From a virus, in IMG/VR virus record IMGVR_UViG_3300043570_004127, positions 64,001 to 128,000 of that record: DNA of 64,000 nucleotides; one strand, written 5' to 3'. This document shows positions 1 to 8,372 of this stretch, in pieces. The notes beneath the pieces were generated by a model that was given only the letters and a program-made list of their open reading frames with translations, did no database searches and was not told the origin of the DNA. A program made the position numbers and the translations under genes. Position 1 is the stretch's first letter; each line of letters begins with the position of its first letter.

Positions 1-3000
1 CTGTAGAGGAGTGCGTCAACCCACCAACCTTTTTTTCTGAGTTCGTCATCCTCGCCCCTGAAGTAAGAAACTCCTGACGGCCCACTCTCTGGGTATTGTG
101 AAACTTGTGAACGGAAAGAAAGAATAGGTTCAAATATTGAAACTTTCTTATCTTTCCAGCGCTTACCCCTGTATGTTATTCGATTTTTTTTTTCCTCTGG
201 TCCAGTACCATCAACAGTCATGGAGCCAGTAATGTCGTTGTCCTCATTATCGTCAAAAAACTCGCCAAATGGATTTCTGTTTACTTTACTGAGGTCACCC
301 ATTGGTACATCTTCGGGTTCAAATTTCCATCTCGGTGGTAGCCCTTGCTGTTCACGAACGTACCAGTCTGGAACTCGTTTTCCGGTAATCGGGTCGATGT
401 ATGAAAAGTCTTCGCCGAGTGTTGTGGTCACAGGAAATGGGTTTCCTGAATCATCAACATTGGTTCGCTTGGGTGTGCGAGTAGCGTTATTCTGTTGGCG
501 TCGCGGCCGGCGTTCGGTAGGTCTAACGGAGTCGTAGAACAGGCGTTCTTCTGGATTGCTCAGGACAGAGTATGCCTCTGAAATCTTTTTGAATAAGGCT
601 TCGTTGTTTTTATCTCCAGGATTTAGGTCTGGGTGCGTTTCTCTCGCTGCTTTTCTGTATGCGGTTCGCAGTTCTTTGTCGTTCGCATCTTCTGCAATAC
701 CAAGAATATCGTAGTAATCGTTATCTTTGTACTGTTTTCTCGGGAACCCCATAGCTCCAGTGATACCACTAGAGTTAAATCGGTTCATTGTTTCGGCTTG
801 GTCAATTTTTACCTCGACAACGTCTTTGCCGTGCAAATAGGCCATGTCTCTTATCGACACACCATCCAAGCGCATATCAATAAATTGCTTTTGGGAATCG
901 TTAAGATTTGAGCCGTTGAGAATTATGGCCCTTCTAAGTAATTGCGTGTTTGCATTGTCGGTCTTCTCGAGTGCATCTGAGTACTTCTTGAAGCTATCCC
1001 TTGCCTGGGCTGGAGTTATGTCTTCGGCCTTGGCAATTGTTTCTATGTCCAAACCGTCATGCTTGACCGCCACGTAGACCCTTTTTGGAAGACCGCGCTG
1101 CGAATTTATTGGGGCATTTATTAAATCTTTTTCTTTAACAGCCATTTTTCTTTCGAAAAGTTCCCTATTTTGCCCGCGCAGTTTTGCGAGTATTAACGAT
1201 TCAGATGTAATCGCGTCAAGAACATCCGTGCCTTCAATTTCTGCAATTTTATCGATAGGCATCCCGTCGAAGCGCATTTTCATGTGTCTGTTTTCGGCCG
1301 GAGTGAGGTTTTTCTTACTGTTCTGAAAAGCTTTCTCATATGTAGAAAGAATCTCAGTCTTGTTGTTTTCGATGAAATCAAGGTGATTCTGAACCGCGTC
1401 ATTTACTTCGCTAGCTTTTATCCCAAGCGTTTTCGCTATTTCGGAGTTGGAAATTCTTTCGTACGTCTTGCTGTAGAAGGCTTCGAGGTTGGTTTTTCTT
1501 AATTCTTCCCCCTCTTTGGACATTTCAATAAATTTAGAGAATGGAACTTTGTCAACACCCATGGAACCCGTGATATTTCCTGCTGATAGTGCGGACTTGT
1601 ATCTATTCCGTGCGACAGCCTCTGTTAGTCCTAGCTCTTTGGCTACCTCTTTAAATGTCTTACCGTTTCCAATGAGTTCAACGACCCTTGCTGACTCATT
1701 GTTCCGCTTTGCTTTTTGCTTGTCGGCATGTATCGAGCTTAAACCAATTGCTCTTTGGACTTTAATTACTTCGTTCGTGCTTATGTCTAGTTCGTTGGCT
1801 ATGTCGGAAGCAGAATGTCCACCAACAAATGACCTCTGAGCGATGAACTTTATGTTTTCCGCTGACTGAACTGGGGCAGCAGGCTTTTCGTCACGAAGTT
1901 TTGCAAAAGTTACGCCGTCCATGCGTGCCTTGTAAATTACATCTTTTACTTGCTGTGGGTTGAAAGAGTGAATTCCGCCATCGGCACGTGTGAAGTTGTC
2001 GGTCTCCCATTTTGCATTAATCGAGCGAGCTATAAGAACTGGATTTAGTTCTGTTCTTCGGAGCGCAATTACGTCTTTCATAATTTTGTCGCGCTCGTCT
2101 TTACTCAAATTGTCGGAAGACCAACTGGTTATCGGGCCACGGAAATATCTTCCTGCCATTGCCCCAGTAATTCCGCCATTGCGTCTTTCTCTGGCCCATT
2201 TCATTATCCGTTTGTTATGCAATTCAGCATCAGGGCCAAACGCTGTATAGCCGCTGTCTGCATTTTCTGTTGGTCGCGGAAACAGTTTCAATTTTTGGCC
2301 GGTCTCAATCGAGATTCTTTCCCTGGCCGCATTAACACCAGAGATGATTCGTTGTTGTCTCCTGCGCGAAATAGCGTTTAAGTTAACGAATCTGTCGTGT
2401 AATGCTTCATCGTCTGTGCCTGCAAGAGCAAGAGCAACCCATGCTGCATGGCCAAATGCTAGCGGCCTGGTGCCACCCGATATTCTTTCAAGTGAATACC
2501 ATGCCGCTGTTGATGCGTCGTCTCCGGCACGAACATCCGTATCTGGTGATACTTCAAGTACAACTCCGGATATTCTGGCGCCGTTAACGAATCTTGGGTC
2601 CCAGTCACGGGCCTCGATTTCACCGAGATGTTCCATTCTTATTACATCTTTATCCGTGACATTAACTTCTTCTAGGGCTTCTCGTTGTGCTGTGTCTCGC
2701 AATTCTTCGTCATCGTTTCTCATTCCACCAGGAAGCGACAATGACCTTGTTTGAGCGGTATGTGGACCAAACAATCTTTCTATTAGGAGTATTTCACGCT
2801 CGCCTGTTTCTGGATTTGTTCTAAGGATTACAGCATCGCCAGCCTCTTGCATTGGCTTGGAGTCATTACCTAGCACCCATGGAGTGATGGAGTCTGCAAC
2901 ATCGAGTTCAAAATTCCTATCCCCTGTGTACTCGCCCAATCTTTGACCCAGGCGCGCGGCGGTTCGCATCGTTTGGTCGGTAGGGGCGTATGGTAATTCA

Positions 3001-6000
3001 CCGCGTTTTTCTCTTTGATAAAGATTCGCAATGTGCAATGCGTCTTCATGTTTGGGGTGACCCTGTGGGAAAAGCTTGTGTCCCAATTCATTTACAACAT
3101 ACCAATTTCCATCAGGAAATTCTTCTGTGTAAAGCTGCATTGCTCCGGATATTCCGCCACCATATATGCGTTTTGCATTATCGGATAGTCTCGTTGGTTT
3201 GTAATCAATGAGTCTGGACGTGTATGCTCTCGCTCTCGAGATGTCCAGTTTTTCGGCATCCGCGGGGTTGAATACAGGCTGCGCTTGTCTTTTTTGTCCA
3301 CGCACCTTTTTGAATGTTTCCCTTGCGGACGTCTTGATATCTCTTGTGTTGTCCGCGAAGTCAGACACCATGCGTGCAATTTGTTGCAGCTTTGGCGGTA
3401 GATATCTGAACCCTGGATTGTTTTCTACGGGTTTAATGGAACCATTTGTCGCGTCTGCTATCTCTTGCGTCATGTTCCTGTTGTACCCAGAAGCCGAGTT
3501 TCGAACAGCCCTACTTATAGGAAGGCCGGCTTTGTCGTATCTTCTAAGTACGTTGGGTGCGACAAATTTAAAGTCCCCATATGCTGCTTGTCTGGCAGCT
3601 TTTCGTGAGGACATTTTGGCTGTGTCGTAGAACTCCGCATCTCTTCCACCGAGACGCATAAATCCACTTATTCCTGATTGGTTTGCTTGAGTCCTTACTC
3701 TTCCATACTCGTTTCTAAGTTGCTGTAATTCGGATATGTTTCTTTGGGCGAGCGCTGTTATTCGAGCCGTAGCACCAGAAGCAGCATCTCGTCCGTCTTC
3801 ACGGGCGGAAAATCTCATCTTCTTCAACAACTCTCCCAGGGGGCCAGGTTTTTCTTCTGTTCCCAGGTGAAGCGCGTCCCATCTTCTTATTCTGTTCAAA
3901 TACTGCGTAGCAGATTCTTTTGACTTATCCCAACCTGGGAGTATTGTCCCATCCCTAAGTGTCTGTTGTTCTCTATTGGGCGGTCGTGTTGCAAATATTT
4001 CTCGAACCAGAATCATCTGTCTTGAAAAAGCGGTCCTAAATCTTGAGTACTCTATTTCGATTTTGTCAACAATTGATTTTTGCTTGTCTATCTCTTTGTC
4101 GATTGCCTTAGCCCAATCCTTTGGTTCAAGCCCTTTAGCAACAAACTCATCTTTTATTCTCTGAATTCTCTTCTTTGTAAATTCGTCGGCTCGTGATAAG
4201 GCAGCAGTATCCGCAACCCTTCTGGCATCATTGTATTTCTGCGTACTGATGTTATTTTCCAAAGCATAACGCTTGAGCGCCAAAATCAAATTTTGAGTAT
4301 CAATCAAATTTTCATCGAATGCAATCTCGTCTGCAGAAAGAGTTCCAGAATCAAAAAGGTTCCACAACTGCGCCCTTCGTGCCGAAGATGCAGGGGTCGA
4401 AGAATTTAGGTCGTCATGTTCCTGCTTGATTGCGGCATCACGTGCTTCCTTTAGTTTCGTGCGAGCTTGAGATGCACTGTAGTCATCCGCAGAAAGATTT
4501 ACGCTAGGCATACCACCGCTGCCATAAGAACCGCTTCTTGTTATTTCATTTAAATCACCGATTAATTCTCCATTAGCGTCACGTGTAAACCATTGAGGTT
4601 CATCCGCAGCAATAACTTCAATCAGTCTGTCTAAGCCAGAAGCAACACTTTGGTCCATTGCTAATGGGTCCGGACTGTTTATGTCACCTTTGTAAAATGC
4701 GTCTTCAAGCTCTTTTGGCGGAACGGCGACATCGACCATTTCATCTAGGTTTTTATATCTATCTACCTGGCTTCCCGGGTAGTCTTCTGTCCATTCACGT
4801 AGAAAGTGACCGTTCGACAACCAGTGCCTATAGAGCACCTGGTCGAGTAGGTTCATTTTTGTTACATCTATTGGGTTGCCATTGATATCAAGATTGAATG
4901 GGTGATTATCGCTTCCGTCGTATGCTGGTGCAATTATGTTTCCCTCATCATCGTAAATTGGCTGGTTCCAAACTTCCGGTGTGTCAAGAGTTCCGTATTT
5001 GTCTTCAAATCTTGGCTGTGATGCCTTGTCCCCGTAGTTCATGAGTTCATTTAGGAATTCTTCAATCTGCCGACTGATTTCTCCTTCATCGTCTCCCATG
5101 ACTGAACCACCATCATCGTCTGGTGGCGGTGGTGGCTCTTCACTTCCATCGTCTGGCGCTGGCGGCTCGTCGCTACCATCTTCTCCTGCTTCTTCACCTG
5201 GTTGACCAGGGTCGATGGCGTCCATGTCGGAAGCGCCATCATCGTCGATGTTGTCTATTCTCCGTGTACGAGATGGATACTCTGGACGTAGTACGTCGTT
5301 TGAAAGCCAACCGTTCGATTGTCCAATATCTATGAAAAGATTAAGTTTTTCTTGAGCTGCAAGAGCTTCAATCGGGTCTACGTTTTCTCCGTCGAGAATT
5401 CTGTTGGTAACGTCAAAGAACGGTTGTGCTGATTCTTCAACCCCCTGCGACCATTCGGTGTGGGTATAAGGCATGCCCGTATTAGGGTTCAGTAGTTCTT
5501 CTGGAGTCCTATCCATCCATGCCGGGATATTGTTTAGGAAATCCTCTATCGTCGCTATACCGTTAGCAACATCTTTGTCAATTTCATTATCAATCATTTG
5601 CTCGACAAGTTTGTCGAAGTTTGGGTCACTCGTTGACAATCCATTATCTTGAAGCATGCGTTTTGCAAGCATCGTTCTAAACTCTAAGTCTTGATACTCG
5701 TCAGCTATACCATATGCCACATCTTCGGCAAGTGAAAGTGTTGTCGAGTTAAGTGGCTCGCGCACAGATTGTCTTATGTCGGAATTTGATGGATTATTTG
5801 CATTTATCAATCCAGGGATAATAAATGTATTAAAGAAATTATCAATTTCCTTATCCGACATTGCATCCGGGTCAAGTCTTGAGATATTTCCGGATGGATT
5901 TACGTTTTTGTATTCGTCTAAAAATTCCTTAACTAATGGACGTTTTATGTTTGCTGCTGCTGCCAACTCTCTTGGCGACGGCGGAGCTGTGGCTGCCCTG

Positions 6001-8261
6001 TATCCCTGCATTGAAAGTCCGGCATCGTTCAGTTCTACTGACGTCTTATCGAACAAATCATCAACTTGGTCATCCGAAAGAATATCCAAACCGCTAATAG
6101 CTCTTGCTATGTCGTCTCCAACGAGAGCGGAAGAAAGTGAAGGAAGTTTCGTGTCCCTATCTGGTAGGAGAGCGAAATTCTTGAGCTGTTGGCGCTTCCA
6201 CTCTCTTCTCTTCCAATCAGACTCTTCTTGTGGTGTCATGTTCGGACCAGTCGCCATGGCTCCGGTTATCGATGAATCCCACATTTTTCCGGCATCGTTA
6301 TCCCTCGAAAGCTCCCTATAGAAACGCGCGTTCGATGCTCGCTCGTTCGTATCCCATCTAGATGAAGAGCCATCAAATGCGCTTTGGGCAGTTCTCTGTA
6401 TTTCGTTTAACTGCCTGAATCCGTTTGGCTTATTATTTCGGTCGGCAATATCTCTGACGTATCCACGTTTATTCGCTCTGTTCGTTTCGCGTATCCCGAG
6501 TACGAATTTTGAAGAATCTTTTTCTGGAGACTGACCAGAAGGGAAGGCCCTAAAAAGGTCGGCTTCTAGTTCTCCGTTTTTATTGTTCTTCTTTGAATCT
6601 CCGCTTCGGAAAACCCAATTCAACATTGAGTCCCAATTTTTGATTTTTCCTTCGCGCGCTGCTTCTAGAATCGGTTCTTTCGATACACCCATTCTGCTCT
6701 CTACAGCACTCGACAACTTGTTGTTATTGTTTTTAAAAGCCTTTTCGTTTTCATCTCTAAAGTCTTGATGATTTCGCAATACCGTAGCAATTTCATCGCG
6801 GACCACATCGAATTTGTCGGCGAGCTCGTCAATGGAGTAATCGCCATCTTGCCAAGCGCGATAAATTTTATTCTTTTCTTGTCTATCGAGTTGATTTGAG
6901 AAATCATCGTAAGACTCTTTCAGTGCGCGAGCACGCTCTGCTTCCATGCCAAGTTTGCGAGCGGTTTCTTGTAATTCTTCAGTAGTTGAATCAATTTGCT
7001 CCACCTGTTGGACGGCTTGAGGCTTTGGCTTCGCCTCGCTAGCTTTAGGTTTTGGAGTATTAATCGGCTTGCGTTCCGCAACTCTCTCCGCCTCCCGGCG
7101 TGGTGTTGTTGGCTTTGCTCTCTCTATTCGTGCTGGTTTCTTTTCTGCGCTTTGTCCGCGAGACACAACCCTGGGAACGCGGTCTTCTCTCGGCTCACGG
7201 CGTGGGAGATTCACCCTATTTTCGGTAATTCGTTGAGCTAAACGTTCTGTTGGTTTTACGCTTGGTGCACTTGGTTTTTTGACTGGACCGATTGGATTAA
7301 TTCCAGGTATCGCTGGGCGTTCGTGAATTGTGCCTTCCTGAACAACCCTGTCAGAGTCGGCGTCTCTTGCATTTTGTTCGAATGGAACTACTGCAGCTCC
7401 AATTCCTCCCATTGTTCTACGCGCGGAACGTCCCCTGTTTTCTACTTCCCCAACTCCGATGCGACCAGCGAGCCCGCCACTAAGTCGTCTCCCAACGGCC
7501 TTGAAATCTAACTCCTCGTAGAATTCAATATGCTTTTGTCCTCTTGCTGCTCGTTTTCTAGCCTTAGCTGCTGCTCTTGTATTCGAAACCACTCGCTTGC
7601 CAAGCTTGCTTCCTTCTATTTTTTTACGATTGGTAGCAGCACGTTGCCCCACGGTTAAATTTTCCCAAGCTTTTGCTGGCAAATATCTTCTTGTGACAGT
7701 TCCACGTTTTGCTGGCTTGCCATCTATTGTGCGCCATTTTTGCTTGGTCCACCTACCCAAAGAGCGTTGAGTCTTACTCTTGCTTCCCCTGTATCCACCA
7801 CCAGCTTTTCTGTATGCATTGGCGAGAAGCTGAGCTTTTCTTGCAGACCACTGGCCCGGTGCTCCACCTTTAGAGCCAGACATTATCCGTTCTTTTAGAC
7901 GGTCGCGTAATTCTGGCTTTGTATAGTTGGCGCTTTTTTCTTTGTATTTTCGTTTCGAAGGAGAGCCAATTATTTGCCTTATCTCGCGCTCTAATTGAGT
8001 TCGACGATATTTACGACCAGAAAAACCTATTCCGGAATATTTTCTGTAGTCCGATTCGTTTGTGCATGGCATCCATGAAACACCGCCGGTTCGGTTACTG
8101 TATCGACGAATTCCGATGCATCCAAGTTGTCTTGCTCTAACGCGAGCAGATTCTGGGTCTGAATAAGTATCTGGGTCTGAAGGACGAACGATACGCGCTC
8201 CGCCCAGAACATCCTTGATTTCAGAATTTTCGTCTTCGTTAATCTGGTCCATATAGTCCAT
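1..8261 (-). CDS. Giant multidomain putative virion polyprotein (>2750 aa, truncated at the window edge). N-terminal DUF3721-like and DUF5872-like motifs, acidic/Pro-rich region, Nudix hydrolase, tandem sigma70-region-4-like HTHs, DnaJ J-domain
   Basis: Manual translation from ATG at 8261 gives MDYMDQINEDENSEIKDVLGG. No in-frame stop was found, and the ORF track omits it, consistent with no stop before position 1. Motifs in this frame: RARQLGCIG...WMPC; NYTKPELRDRLKERIMSGSKGGAPGQWSARKAQLLA; PGGMRNDDEELRDTAQREALEEV; DYYDILGI...HPDLNPGD...FKKISEAYSVLSNPEERLFYD. Seven GITGAM-type motifs are also in this frame. Confidence 0.9.
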   Translation of the reverse strand, partial: MDYMDQINEDENSEIKDVLGGARIVRPSDPDTYSDPESARVRARQLGCIGIRRYSNRTGGVSWMPCTNESDYRKYSGIGFSGRKYRRTQLEREIRQIIGSPSKRKYKEKSANYTKPELRDRLKERIMSGSKGGAPGQWSARKAQLLANAYRKAGGGYRGSKSKTQRSLGRWTKQKWRTIDGKPAKRGTVTRRYLPAKAWENLTVGQRAATNRKKIEGSKLGKRVVSNTRAAAKARKRAARGQKHIEFYEELDFKAVGRRLSGGLAGRIGVGEVENRGRSARRTMGGIGAAVVPFEQNARDADSDRVVQEGTIHERPAIPGINPIGPVKKPSAPSVKPTERLAQRITENRVNLPRREPREDRVPRVVSRGQSAEKKPARIERAKPTTPRREAERVAERKPINTPKPKASEAKPKPQAVQQVEQIDSTTEELQETARKLGMEAERARALKESYDDFSNQLDRQEKNKIYRAWQDGDYSIDELADKFDVVRDEIATVLRNHQDFRDENEKAFKNNNNKLSSAVESRMGVSKEPILEAAREGKIKNWDSMLNWVFRSGDSKKNNKNGELEADLFRAFPSGQSPEKDSSKFVLGIRETNRANKRGYVRDIADRNNKPNGFRQLNEIQRTAQSAFDGSSSRWDTNERASNARFYRELSRDNDAGKMWDSSITGAMATGPNMTPQEESDWKRREWKRQQLKNFALLPDRDTKLPSLSSALVGDDIARAISGLDILSDDQVDDLFDKTSVELNDAGLSMQGYRAATAPPSPRELAAAANIKRPLVKEFLDEYKNVNPSGNISRLDPDAMSDKEIDNFFNTFIIPGLINANNPSNSDIRQSVREPLNSTTLSLAEDVAYGIADEYQDLEFRTMLAKRMLQDNGLSTSDPNFDKLVEQMIDNEIDKDVANGIATIEDFLNNIPAWMDRTPEELLNPNTGMPYTHTEWSQGVEESAQPFFDVTNRILDGENVDPIEALAAQEKLNLFIDIGQSNGWLSNDVLRPEYPSRTRRIDNIDDDGASDMDAIDPGQPGEEAGEDGSDEPPAPDDGSEEPPPPPDDDGGSVMGDDEGEISRQIEEFLNELMNYGDKASQPRFEDKYGTLDTPEVWNQPIYDDEGNIIAPAYDGSDNHPFNLDINGNPIDVTKMNLLDQVLYRHWLSNGHFLREWTEDYPGSQVDRYKNLDEMVDVAVPPKELEDAFYKGDINSPDPLAMDQSVASGLDRLIEVIAADEPQWFTRDANGELIGDLNEITRSGSYGSGGMPSVNLSADDYSASQARTKLKEARDAAIKQEHDDLNSSTPASSARRAQLWNLFDSGTLSADEIAFDENLIDTQNLILALKRYALENNISTQKYNDARRVADTAALSRADEFTKKRIQRIKDEFVAKGLEPKDWAKAIDKEIDKQKSIVDKIEIEYSRFRTAFSRQMILVREIFATRPPNREQQTLRDGTILPGWDKSKESATQYLNRIRRWDALHLGTEEKPGPLGELLKKMRFSAREDGRDAASGATARITALAQRNISELQQLRNEYGRVRTQANQSGISGFMRLGGRDAEFYDTAKMSSRKAARQAAYGDFKFVAPNVLRRYDKAGLPISRAVRNSASGYNRNMTQEIADATNGSIKPVENNPGFRYLPPKLQQIARMVSDFADNTRDIKTSARETFKKVRGQKRQAQPVFNPADAEKLDISRARAYTSRLIDYKPTRLSDNAKRIYGGGISGAMQLYTEEFPDGNWYVVNELGHKLFPQGHPKHEDALHIANLYQREKRGELPYAPTDQTMRTAARLGQRLGEYTGDRNFELDVADSITPWVLGNDSKPMQEAGDAVILRTNPETGEREILLIERLFGPHTAQTRSLSLPGGMRNDDEELRDTAQREALEEVNVTDKDVIRMEHLGEIEARDWDPRFVNGARISGVVLEVSPDTDVRAGDDASTAAWYSLERISGGTRPLAFGHAAWVALALAGTDDEALHDRFVNLNAISRRRQQRIISGVNAARERISIETGQKLKLFPRPTENADSGYTAFGPDAELHNKRIMKWARERRNGGITGAMAGRYFRGPITSWSSDNLSKDERDKIMKDVIALRRTELNPVLIARSINAKWETDNFTRADGGIHSFNPQQVKDVIYKARMDGVTFAKLRDEKPAAPVQSAENIKFIAQRSFVGGHSASDIANELDISTNEVIKVQRAIGLSSIHADKQKAKRNNESARVVELIGNGKTFKEVAKELGLTEAVARNRYKSALSAGNITGSMGVDKVPFSKFIEMSKEGEELRKTNLEAFYSKTYERISNSEIAKTLGIKASEVNDAVQNHLDFIENNKTEILSTYEKAFQNSKKNLTPAENRHMKMRFDGMPIDKIAEIEGTDVLDAITSESLILAKLRGQNRELFERKMAVKEKDLINAPINSQRGLPKRVYVAVKHDGLDIETIAKAEDITPAQARDSFKKYSDALEKTDNANTQLLRRAIILNGSNLNDSQKQFIDMRLDGVSIRDMAYLHGKDVVEVKIDQAETMNRFNSSGITGAMGFPRKQYKDNDYYDILGIAEDANDKELRTAYRKAARETHPDLNPGDKNNEALFKKISEAYSVLSNPEERLFYDSVRPTERRPRRQQNNATRTPKRTNVDDSGNPFPVTTTLGEDFSYIDPITGKRVPDWYVREQQGLPPRWKFEPEDVPMGDLSKVNRNPFGEFFDDNEDNDITGSMTVDGTGPEEKKNRITYRGKRWKDKKVSIFEPILSFRSQVSQYPESGPSGVSYFRGEDDELRKKGWWVDALLY

Positions 8262-8372
8262 TAGATTGAGTTTTCGTGCAGGATGGCTGCACTACGGATT
8301 TGCGACGCAGGAGCTAATCTAATAGTACTCCAACAAAGGTTCTCTGGAGATGAATCAGTTTTTGTCAATAGA

